Below, piece after piece: positions 9,747 to 20,300 of a stretch of DNA of 64,000 nt. The stretch covers positions 62,001 through 126,000 of IMG/VR virus record IMGVR_UViG_3300034072_000758; one strand, 5' to 3'. Position numbers and translations under genes: made by a program. Positions within the stretch are counted from its first letter, which is position 1; each line of letters starts with the position of its first letter. A model generated the notes under the pieces. The model worked only from the letters and a program-made list of their open reading frames with translations, did not search any database and was not told the DNA's origin.

Positions 9747-10192
9747 TGTTCGGTTATAACAGATACAGGGACTATGAGTTCCCCGCTCGCCCAAGGGTCG
9801 ATGCGGGGTTCTCTATCCCTTTTCCAAAGGTACTGACGTATCAAGATCGTCGGCCTTGGCCCCCTACATACCCCAAACTGGAGGGCGAAGCGTTGAGGTT
9901 TTGGAAACGCATCGATTCCATCCTACGGGAAAAAGGTATAATTACAAACCTTGGTATTTCTTCGAATTACCTAAACGAACCATTTGCCTTAACTATCGCT
10001 AACAAAGAATTTAATTGTCGGCTAAAAGGTTGGGGGATGTCTTGGATGGTATGCGAAGACATGGCCATCCTTTTTTACTATCCAAGGGGGGAAACATACC
10101 ACAACGGTCGTCATATTGTTGAGTTGTGCGCGAAAGTAGAATTTTTCGCTGACGACGAATGTGAAATTGTTAAATTTATACTTACTTTATAA
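9719..10192 (+). CDS. Hypothetical protein with C-terminal family motif (true start probably later, near 9745)
   Basis: ORF ending VEFFADDECEIVKFILTL. Confidence 0.55.
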   Translation: MEYLEGRGIVFGYNRYRDYEFPARPRVDAGFSIPFPKVLTYQDRRPWPPTYPKLEGEALRFWKRIDSILREKGIITNLGISSNYLNEPFALTIANKEFNCRLKGWGMSWMVCEDMAILFYYPRGETYHNGRHIVELCAKVEFFADDECEIVKFILTL

Positions 10193-11269
10193 AATCTTAC
10201 CAATACGCTGGTACTCGATTTCACCATTGCTTTCGTTATAGTAGTCTGTCCAAACCTGCGTCTTGGCTTCATTGCTAAGACGTATAGTTCTGGAAGACTC
10301 TATGTTCGTGAGCTTGTTGATATTGATAAGCATCGCGTGTTTTTCATCATCCGGGAGGATCATGCGGATGTCATCGCCGATTTTAGCCGAATACACTTCC
10401 AAGAATGACGCATTCAGAAACGTCAGCTTGAAGTCTGCGCCGAAGCAACAAATCATGTTGCGCTTGTCTTGAATAGCCGTGGACAGATCACGGATGGTCA
10501 GGAGTAAGGCTTCTTCTCCCTGCCACATGATTTTAGTCGATGTAAATGACGTGTCGATCATGCCGCTTTCTTCGCAAATAGCAGAGTTGGTCACGTCTTC
10601 CATTCTCTTCGACAGAAGGGTTTCGATTGGGAAGCCGAGTATGCGAGCGGCTACTGAATTAGCAGCAGCGATCTTTTGATTCTTGATCACCAAAATACCA
10701 TCTGGAAAGGTCTCAAAGATACACTTATAACCGTGAGTGCGTTGGTACTCGGTCTCGAAGTCCATAAGCTTCTTGATGACCATCAGAACGATTACAGAGC
10801 CGTCCGAACGCTCTAGTATGGTGTGGTTTACGTCAATACGGAAAGTTTTTGAACCTTTTTTACCGAAGAGTTCATGTTCCTCTTGGGCGTCTTCCATTTG
10901 CTGAAATACTTCCCAAATGTCAGCGCCAGTCTTGGTAGGATGGGTCTCGCATGATAAAAGATTGCCGAGGAAAGTGTTGGTGTGTTCTTCCTTGCTCAGA
11001 CCAAACATGCGTTCGGCGGCTGGGTTGAATGCTTGAAGATTACCATCAATATCAGTGATGATCAGAGCATCATACAATATTTTTGAAGTATTTTCGAATT
11101 GTTCGATGCTGTCATCGAGCTTATTTTTAAGCGTCGTTGTGACATAGTTTGCCATTTGCGTAGTAGATGTCGCCGCTTCGATTAGCGCCAATTGACTCGC
11201 AAGGATTCGTTCATTTTGAGTTTCTTCGTTGTTCGAACGGACAGCCGATTTTTTATTGAAGAACCACAT
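10187..11269 (-). CDS. Multi-PAS-domain protein without output domain
   Basis: DALIITDIDGNLQAFNPAAERMFG, DGILVIKNQKIAAANSVAARILG and a third degenerate PAS start (FGADFKLTFLNASF). TATAAATA at 11302-11309 (-). Confidence 0.8.
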   Translation of the reverse strand: MWFFNKKSAVRSNNEETQNERILASQLALIEAATSTTQMANYVTTTLKNKLDDSIEQFENTSKILYDALIITDIDGNLQAFNPAAERMFGLSKEEHTNTFLGNLLSCETHPTKTGADIWEVFQQMEDAQEEHELFGKKGSKTFRIDVNHTILERSDGSVIVLMVIKKLMDFETEYQRTHGYKCIFETFPDGILVIKNQKIAAANSVAARILGFPIETLLSKRMEDVTNSAICEESGMIDTSFTSTKIMWQGEEALLLTIRDLSTAIQDKRNMICCFGADFKLTFLNASFLEVYSAKIGDDIRMILPDDEKHAMLININKLTNIESSRTIRLSNEAKTQVWTDYYNESNGEIEYQRIGKIL

Positions 11270-11344
11270 ATTTTATTTCCTAAAATTAAAATGCGTAATG
11301 ATATTTATAGGTTACGTCGAAAAATAAACATACTATATTAAAAA

Positions 11345-12055
11345 TTGATAAAGCAATTTAACCATGTTAGGTTATCAAGGAAAAGGATGGTTAGTATGGG
11401 TATTCGTATAAAGCGCGCCGTAGGTTGGGGAATTACCCCAGAAGATTTTGAAAAGCATTGTCTTTTGAACCGAGAAGACGATGACGATGACAAAAGTGAA
11501 ACTTTGTGGTCGGTGACCTCCAAAATCAAAGAGTTTGAGATACCCAAAGAAGCCCGTGATGAGCTAGAAAGCATCGGAACCTTAAGCGTTTGTCACGATC
11601 TTCTCAAAGGGGTCGGATTTGGACATCAACTGATCAATCCGTATCATCAGCTTACCAGCATGAATGATTTGTACGATTGCGTCTTGAATTACGATAATAC
11701 GTTACTCTATATGTTTTATCCTTGTGCTGGATGGGTGAGGGACTATGTGCGGCGGGATGCTGGCTTGGATTACGTATTCAGCGGTATCAATACGGATGGC
11801 TCTCTCGCCAAAGATGGTGAGTGTCGCTTAGGCTTTGCGACCCAACTAAAAGCGAATCCATATCCTTATACCAATGACATTCACGACATTGGGAATAAGA
11901 TACCATCGGGTTTGGGGGCGGTTGGGCTACGGCGTAACGACAGACTTGCCCCCACACCTCCCGTGGGGCTTCAATATTGGCTGAGAGAATTGAAGATATT
12001 GGACGAAGAAGGCATATGGAAGCTTCGTCCATACGCCGCCGAATGGTGGGGATGA
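11345..12055 (+). CDS. Hypothetical protein (probable start near 11384 or 11396)
   Basis: 236-aa ORF ending at a terminator. Confidence 0.6.
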   Translation: MIKQFNHVRLSRKRMVSMGIRIKRAVGWGITPEDFEKHCLLNREDDDDDKSETLWSVTSKIKEFEIPKEARDELESIGTLSVCHDLLKGVGFGHQLINPYHQLTSMNDLYDCVLNYDNTLLYMFYPCAGWVRDYVRRDAGLDYVFSGINTDGSLAKDGECRLGFATQLKANPYPYTNDIHDIGNKIPSGLGAVGLRRNDRLAPTPPVGLQYWLRELKILDEEGIWKLRPYAAEWWG

Positions 12056-12088
12056 AAAAAGGAGGGGTCCACAAACCCCTCCTTAAAA
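12055..12088. terminator. Bidirectional intrinsic terminator
   Basis: AAAAAAGGAGGGG-TCCACAAA-CCCCTCCTT. Confidence 0.75.
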
Positions 12089-12107
12089 ATTTCGCTGATG
12101 CGGATCG

Positions 12108-12359
12108 TTATTTCAAACGACCCTTGATCTCGAACAGAACAAGTTTGAGGGAGTTCAAAGCTTCTGTCAATGTCATATTTCCCTTGAAATATTCATCAAC
12201 GATCTTTTCGATCTTTTCGTCTTTACGCTTTAATTCGTCAGTAAGTCTCTTGCGGTCATATAGAAGCGCCCCGATGATCAAGCAAAGGATCAACGGTATA
12301 ATGGATGCCGCGTTCTCTTGACCAGAGATATACTTCATTATGATGTCTAAGATTTCCAT
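12108..12359 (-). CDS. Small membrane protein (1 TM plus coiled coil), holin/antiholin-like candidate
   Basis: SIIPLILCLIIGALLY transmembrane segment then a charged heptad region. CTAAATA at 12385-12391 (-). Confidence 0.6.
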   Translation of the reverse strand: MEILDIIMKYISGQENAASIIPLILCLIIGALLYDRKRLTDELKRKDEKIEKIVDEYFKGNMTLTEALNSLKLVLFEIKGRLK

Positions 12360-12429
12360 GATTACCCCTTTTTGGTAGGCTTAATATTTAGGGGTTCGCT
12401 GAGATATTTTAAAACAGCATTAAATGCTC

Positions 12430-12882
12430 TCATTGAGCGAGTAACTTTAGATTCATAAGGAAATCAAGCATTTCATCGTCATCGTTCAACTCCATGATCG
12501 ATGTATGGGTGTTTTTTGACAAATATTCGATGGTTGGATAAGGCAGTTCTACACCGAACAATGTTATAGTTTCTTGACCGGATTTGACGTATTTACAACT
12601 CGGATATTCCGCATGACCGATCAGTTCGGTGAAGTCAAAATGAAATTTAAAAATGTAATCTTCATTTTTTATACAATCCAAACTCATTTGTACACTTACA
12701 AGATCGATTGGATAATTCTTACTACTAGAAATACTAGATTCATATCGCTCACTCAGACCAACGATCAATTCATATTCGCGCGATCTGAATATAGCGGTAT
12801 TCGTTTTACAGTTACCGTACTCTTGTGACAAAGTATGACCCCTTGTAAAACCTTTCCACATTTCGATGTCATAAATTATCAT
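12430..12882 (-). CDS. Hypothetical protein with C-terminal family motif
   Basis: Ends IMELNDDDEMLDFLMNLKL; coupled to the upstream HAD gene. Confidence 0.6.
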   Translation of the reverse strand: MIIYDIEMWKGFTRGHTLSQEYGNCKTNTAIFRSREYELIVGLSERYESSISSSKNYPIDLVSVQMSLDCIKNEDYIFKFHFDFTELIGHAEYPSCKYVKSGQETITLFGVELPYPTIEYLSKNTHTSIMELNDDDEMLDFLMNLKLLAQ

Positions 12883-13494
12883 TTAGCTCCCCCGGATTAC
12901 CAACGCAGCCTCAAGCAAATCTTTCACAATGAATGTCATTTCACCCGTGGAAACTTTTTCGGACGGAAGATTTACAGGATAATTGATCAGAACTTTCTTG
13001 ATGTCTGGATCAATACCGTGGAAATAATCGATGAAATCATCAATGAAATAGGCTGGCTTCATTTCGTTGATGATTTCAGCTTTGGGGCTGAAACCGCTAT
13101 TGGTTGAGCCGACGCACATAACCTTCGATATAGGATACCCCAAATCTTCCAGATTAGCGGTCCTCTCAGGGGCAAAACGAGGCGCACAGGCCGTAACAGC
13201 CACCAACTCATATCCGGCGTCTACGAGTATCTGACAGCCTTCCAGAGCACCTTGGATCGGCGGCATATTGCGCCAGAAATCCGAAGTTGAATAGTTCTCC
13301 AATTTCGCTAAGAGATCAGCGCGGGTCAGAAATGGAATATCCCAATAATCCCAAAGACGATAGGCATCCTTATTCTTCACCTTGGGGTGTTCACCAAACG
13401 CCTGTTCCCAGCGCTTCGCGTAAGCATTTCTGTAATTTACTAAGACGCCATCTACGTCAATTGCGATAATATTGGACATACTTATTTCTATCAC
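12883..13494 (-). CDS. HAD-superfamily hydrolase, 5'(3')-deoxyribonucleotidase-like (probable start 13479)
   Basis: Motif I IAIDVDGVL, motif II VAVTA, motif IV FIDDFID; FWRNMPPIQGA. Confidence 0.8.
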   Translation of the reverse strand: MIEISMSNIIAIDVDGVLVNYRNAYAKRWEQAFGEHPKVKNKDAYRLWDYWDIPFLTRADLLAKLENYSTSDFWRNMPPIQGALEGCQILVDAGYELVAVTACAPRFAPERTANLEDLGYPISKVMCVGSTNSGFSPKAEIINEMKPAYFIDDFIDYFHGIDPDIKKVLINYPVNLPSEKVSTGEMTFIVKDLLEAALVIRGS

Positions 13495-13529
13495 ATATTT
13501 GTTTTTTCCACAATTTTATTCTACATAGC

Positions 13530-13557
13530 TTGACTAGAAGGGTATTTGTGATATAAA
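13530..13557 (+). promoter_or_regulatory. sigma70-type promoter TTGACT-N16-TATAAA
   Basis: Seen upstream of 13590. Confidence 0.6.
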
Positions 13558-13589
13558 CAAACTATACAATATAACTTGGAGTATTCACT

Positions 13590-14273
13590 ATGGACATGGA
13601 AAAATTAGAGAAGAGGGTGGTCGCAGAACTGTCCGCACTTTTCCATGCCGGTGAGATTAAAGGCGAACGGGCCGCGCGGCTGCGCGTGTTCAAGGGTAAG
13701 GTCGTTCGTCATCATCATTGGGTAAAAGCGCGCGCTAAGCTCATTGAGCGTACCAATGACATCCACAATGGAATCCACCAAGCCGCCGCTATGCTTGAGG
13801 CTGGGAAGACCCTGACCTGTATCGATGTGGAGCGCGGCGGCTGGGATCGTAAGATTCAAGAAGTCGGTATCACCAAGCTGACCAAGGATGACATGGTTTC
13901 CACAAACTATGTCATCAAGGGAGTTGTGCGTAAACGTCAATTCAACTTTGGTGAAACGAAGTTCGTGTCTGAGGATCGTATGATTCGTATACTCGACCGC
14001 GAGCTTTTAGTGGCTGATGCCATTGTTGGTCATTCCGTGTACATCGACATCGACCACATGAAGTCCTTCGGTGTAACCTTCGCTAAGGCGTTTCCGGTGT
14101 TCGATACGGGTATGTGGGCCGACACTCTTACTCTGACGGGTAAGATCAAGGATTCCACATTGAAAGGTATGCTGAACTATTACAGCATTCCCCACACGGT
14201 CCTCCATTGCGGCGGAAACGATGCCCGCTATAATATGGAACTTCTGATCAAGATGATGGAAGACTTGAAATAG
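13590..14273 (+). CDS. DEDDh exonuclease (RNase T/DnaQ fold; Gfd2/YDR514C-like)
   Basis: TCIDVE, IVGHSVYIDI, VFDT, LHCGGNDARY motifs. Confidence 0.75.
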   Translation: MDMEKLEKRVVAELSALFHAGEIKGERAARLRVFKGKVVRHHHWVKARAKLIERTNDIHNGIHQAAAMLEAGKTLTCIDVERGGWDRKIQEVGITKLTKDDMVSTNYVIKGVVRKRQFNFGETKFVSEDRMIRILDRELLVADAIVGHSVYIDIDHMKSFGVTFAKAFPVFDTGMWADTLTLTGKIKDSTLKGMLNYYSIPHTVLHCGGNDARYNMELLIKMMEDLK

Positions 14274-14303
14274 AAAAGCCCCCATTTCTGGGGGCTTTTT
14301 TTT
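14274..14303. terminator. Bidirectional intrinsic terminator
   Basis: AAAAGCCCC...GGGGCTTTTTTTT. Confidence 0.75.
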
Positions 14304-14304
14304 G

Positions 14305-17300
14305 TTATCCAATTGGGTTTGGTTTGTTTCTAGGAACGAAGTTTGCGATATATCTGGCGACCCCGTTGGTAATACGAACGTCATCAATATAACCCCACCA
14401 GTTCCAAGACGCTGGGGTATTTTCATACCCACCGATAGACCAGCTTGTAGAGCGACCACCAATCGGTACTTGCCATACTGCGTTAGTAGATGTGGCTTCG
14501 AGCTTACCGTTCAAGAACATACGGGTTGTACCACCACTTCTTGTCAGCGCAATATGATACCAAGCATTAGGAATCAGCGTCGATGTGCCGATGATTTCAT
14601 TCAGCGTGTTGCCACAAACAAGATTGGAGCCTTTAACACCGAAGAAAATATCGCCACTACCAGCAGGAGAGATATAGTTAGTCAGAACCGCATTATAAGT
14701 TTGGAATGATGTAGCATTGATCCAAGCTTCCATAGTGAAATCACCCGACATAGCAACCGCGTTCTCTACCTTTAAGAATTGGTTGGTTCCAGAAGAAGTA
14801 ATGAAAATAGAATTGCCGAAACCATTATTTGTAACCGCGTTTGATACAACACCAGTTGTCGTGCTACCGTAGTTTCTGGTAATCAGATTACCCTTATTGT
14901 CCACCGGCAACGAACCCACCGCACCGGAGTCCCCATTTACATGAATAACAACGTTGGACCAATATGGGTCGATAGAAGCCGTCACGTTTGCTGTAACGGT
15001 TGTCGTATTGGTCTTAGCTCCGTTGGTTGCGGAAACCGTAAAGGTTCTTGTTGTACCCGGAACATCCGTAGTCACACCCGTCAAGATACCGTTGCTATTC
15101 AGCGTGGTTCCAGTCGGGATTGTTCCGCTTGTTACCGAGTGAATAACAGCATCATTAGACATCATCGAAGCACTTAAATTGTAAGTTTCTGTCGAACTTA
15201 CGTTGCTAGATACTACGATAGAGTTTGTATCAACAAATGACGGTGTTATGTCTAACGTTGGAGCACGATATTGGGTTGGGTTAAACGTTGTGTTATAGCG
15301 AGCCACCCCATTGGAAATACGAATGTCCGCCATGTAGCCCATGAACCCGTGGTTATTATTTAATCTATACGATCCAATACCCCACTCGTTTGTGCTAGAG
15401 CCAACTGTTCCAGTAAAGCTTGTGATTGGGTCAGAACCAACACCATCAACCCAAATACGAGTATTTGAACCTTCGCGGGTAAGAGCAACGTGGTGCCATT
15501 GGTTAAACGACATACCGCCAGCAGCAGTATAGATACGGACGCCACCGTTAGTAAAGATCACAGCGCGGGCCGAAGATGAACCCGATGGCGCATAAATGGA
15601 CATCGCCCAATTTTGAACAGCCACCGATCCGCCGACCGGATAACAAGCAAATATAATAGAGTTAGCTGTTGCTGCTACGCCTGTCGGATATACCCAAGCT
15701 TCCATAGTGAAATCACCCGACATTTGTACAATATTTCCAACAAACAAACCACGTCCGTTTCCAGAACCAGTGGAGTTTTGGAAATAAACAACATTTCCAT
15801 TATACAGCGAGTTCATATTCGACACGACCGCTGATCCGTTGCTTACTACTTCTTGTAAAACGGTTGAGCCTCTAGCGACTTCGATTGGAACAGTAGCATT
15901 AGCAGTATTCAGTCCTGTTATCAAAGCAGTAACATTAGCCCAATGTGGGTCAACGCTGTTTCTGATTTCAAATGTCACCGGACTGGATGTTACCACCGAG
16001 GCATTTGGTGCGTTGGTATACTTAGCATTTACAGTTCCAGTAAAGGTTCCAGCAACCGCATTTGCTTTCCCACCAACGACGCCATTAGATGTCATAGTTA
16101 TGCCATCTGGCAACACTGCCGAATTGGTCATACTATAAACAATGTTCTCACCATAAGATTGTGCGGAAAGAGTTGTATATGTCGGGTAAATATTAGACAA
16201 GTAAACTCTTGGCTGCGCTCCCCATGTTGGCGAAGCATCCTGACGTGGGTAGCTGGTTGTAGGTATACTCATTGTGGTGGAAGGATAACGATTTACCCCG
16301 TTGGTTACACGAACATCATAGATATACCCGTTGAAGCATTCGTTAGAATACGCCATACCACCGATGCCAGAGAACGTAATTGTTCCAGCCAATGTAGCCT
16401 GTGCTACGCGATTACCGTTCAAGAACATGCTCAATGTTGTGCCAGTTCTCGTGATAGCAAAATGATGCCATGTATTTACCGCAACCGTACCTGTACCGGA
16501 GGACATTATAAATGCTCCGTTATTATACATGTAGAGACCTCTTGGACCCGACGCATCATCACGAACACCAATGGTATAATCAGTGCCGGTAGCGGTTGCG
16601 GTAGTTCTATTACCCAATATAGTAGACCACGCCGCCAGTGTGGTTGGATAGAACCAAGCTTCCATAGTGAAATCACCAGTCATAGCGGTTGTATTACCAA
16701 CCAGATATGAGTTGGTCGCACTAGAGAATACCATAGTGTTCGAACCAAAGCGCTGAACCGTATTTGAGTTTACACCGACAGTTGTGCTGGCGGCTGTTTG
16801 TGTCAGACTATTCGCAGTCTTAACGTTCTTAGCAATTGATCCCACCACCGCATTTGAGTAAGTTAGATTTGTCACGTTAGCCCAGAATGGGTCATATGTG
16901 GAAACAGCGGTAAAGGTAAATGTACGATCTTGAGTAACAAAACCATTACCACCCGAAGCAGTGATGGTTGTATTCGTCACGCCAGTCGATACCGGTTGAC
17001 CGCTGATCATACCATTAGCCGCGACCGTCATACCACTAGGCAAAGCGGAACCATTCGCAATAGAATATGTTACCACACCGTTGGCTTTTGTATCAGCCAA
17101 CAACCCAATTTGGTTATCACCAGCGGTTGTTACATATTGATCAGCAGCCGTTATCCATCTAAGTGTAGTTTGTTCGGTCGGGAATGCCTTAGATGGGACT
17201 GCGAAGTTTTCACGATAGCGCGCGACTCCATTGGTCATACGGAACTCGTCAACATAGCCGATCCAACCCCAATCTGCCCCGTCGAATACAGAACCACCAA

Positions 17301-20300
17301 TAGTCCAAGCTGTTACGGTTGAACCTATCACGCCTGTCAATACAGCACTTGATCCAATCAGGCTACCATTCAACCACAGCTTCAAAATACCACTTTCTCT
17401 AGTTACGGCAATATGATGCCATGTATTGAGTGGCATAGAGTTGGCGGCACCAATAAATTGGTATCCCGAATTAAAATAGAGGAACAAAGCGTTTGAGCTA
17501 TGGATACCTAATACAAATTCGTTTGGCGAAGAGGCTGCTGAACCTGAACGGATCGATAACAAGTTACTTGATGTGCTATATACACCCGTTGGATAAACCC
17601 ATGTTTCAATCGTGAAATCACCAGACATTGTGGTGATATTACCGATGTTCAGATAATTGCTGGTTGTTGTCAAAGAAGTCAACAAAGACTTACCACCGAA
17701 TTTGGTTACCGCATTGGATACACAACCTGTTGTGGAAGATACAACACGTTGAGTAATAACCGCCGAGTTCTTGATGTCGGCTGGCGCAGTACCAATAGTC
17801 TGATCCATATTCATCAGAATAGTTACGTTAGACCACAATGGATCGGCGTCCGATTGAACAATCGAAACAGACTTAGATGAAGCTCTACCATAGCTATCTG
17901 TCATGGTTACGACCGCATTACTTGTTACTGTGGATGTATTTCCAATTCTACCCAGAGTACCAGTAATGACGCCATTAGAATTTATAACAAGACCGTTAGC
18001 TAGAGAACCACTTGTAACTCCAAAAGTTACAGGCAGATTAGTTCTGTTTACAACCCCCAAATCTTTGAAGAATACCATATCACTGGTGGTATAAGTAGTA
18101 ACGACATTCGTGGTCATTACCGGAGTAATAAATGAAGTGTCATTTTCTACAGTCGGAGCCGTAAAGTTAGCGGTATAGCGAGCTACGCCATTAGTAAAGC
18201 GAACATCATCAAAGTATAAACTTGCTGATGGGTTGCTCATAGCATCGGTACGGAAGGAACCAACCGCCCAATATGTGCTTGGGGAAATTGCGCCCGATGT
18301 CCAACCATTCTTGGTCAATTCAAGTACACCGTTAACGTAAACCTTAAATACGCCACTTTGTCTCACCAAAGCGATGTGCGACCAAGCATTCAAGTTAACT
18401 TTCGATACCCCAGCACCAAAGTTTTGAGTAAAGGAGTTGCTGTTGTCGTTACCATCAAGGTTTACGATACCAGTTTGACCAATCCACACGTACATTTTGT
18501 TAGCTACGTTAGACCCGGTTCTATTAGAGAAAACAGCAGTACCGGAGGATGGGAGAGTGGTTGGATAAACCCAAGTTTCAAGCGTGAAATCACCAACCAG
18601 ATCAGCAACGTTCGAAATTCTCAGAGCATTTGTTGAGTTCACGAACAATGATCCAGTTCCGAACTTAGATTGCGACGACGACACCGAAGCATTACTTGTG
18701 CTTGTAATAAATTGTGAAACAGGAAGACCGTTAGACAGTTCGTTTGGAACGTTAGCGGTGGCATATTCTGTATTCATATTCATCAATACAATGACATTAC
18801 TTCCGTATATATCCGAAGCGGTAACACCAAAACGGAAATCCTTATCAGAAAACTTAGTAGTAACAGTATCGGTCACACGGGTTGTGAAATTGAAGGTAGA
18901 TGTCGTATTTTCATTAATCTGACCAGAGAGCAAACCGGTGTTCGAAAGGGTCAACCCATTAGGAATAGAACCATTTGCCAAAGCATAACTCAGTGGGTTT
19001 GAAACTGGCGAAGTCGCTAACAATTGTGAATTTACCAACGCACCATTAATTCCTGAGAAGGTATTGGATGTGTTGGCCCAAACCGGGGCCGATGATAGGA
19101 TCGAGTAAACAACGTTAGTGACCGCCGAACTCATACCATCCGATCCCGTAACCGTGGCATTACTTACAGTCGTATATTCTGGGAGTCTACCAGAGATCAA
19201 ACCATTAGCCGAAAGTGCGAGGTTCGCGCTCAAACCATTAGCAGAATAAGTCAGAGAAGTGTTACCCCAACCATAACCAACCACGGTTTGAGAAACGTTA
19301 GCATACTCATAACCAGACAGCGTAACCGTCGCGTTCATCAACGGAGCTTTGAAGTTATTCCACGATGGTGTGAAATTAGCTGTATAACGGGTGTATCCAA
19401 CCCAAGTCATCATACCACGCATGTAACAAATCTTCGATTGTGTTGCTTGGTTATAACTTTGTGAAGCACCATTGAACGCTAAGAGACGACCTTCCCAGCT
19501 TGGATATGTCGCTTGCGCCGTAGAAGTTCCAACCAGAGTGCCACCAATAAACAAACTGAAAGTATTATTCGCATTTCTGGTGAGAGCAACGTGCGTCCAT
19601 TGATCTAATGGAATGATGCTATTTACAGTTATACAAACAGTACCAAAGTATGAGAAGGTAATAGTGTTATTGGTGTAATTCTGAATTATGTTCATTCTTT
19701 CACCAAGCGTCCCTGATCCGCCGCCACTAGATTGTTGGCTGAACAGATACCAAGAACCGGTTGTTGGCGAAGTCGGATCAAGCTTAACCCAGAACTCCAA
19801 AGTCGATGGACTTGTATATAAGAAGTTCGAAGAAGCTTCGTATGCGATACCTTGATTCAATCTCAAGACATTATTACCCATTTGTGGGTCGGCAACGATT
19901 GTTGCGCCAGATGCTACACCAACACCCCAAGCGGTAAACGTATCACTAATGCTCGTTGGTCGTGAAGGGCGCGAGCCGTTTTCTGCCAGAACATTAGACG
20001 ATCTGTTGTAACGATGATGTATATACAAATTCGATGCGTATGGCGTTGGAACAGTCTTAGCCGTTGGTGTAATCACGAAAGTACGATCACGAGATTTGTT
20101 GGCCAAACCATCCATTGAATAAACAGTCAAGCTCGTATTTTCGATATTTTCCAAATATCGTCCAGATACTAAACCATTTGAAGCCAGTGCTACGTTTGAA
20201 CCCAAAGTCGAGTTCGCAATATAAAGCATGGTTCCGGTGTTGTTAGAATCAACTGCCACCAGATTGTAGGTGAAAGTATTATCTTCCGTGCCGGTAAGAA

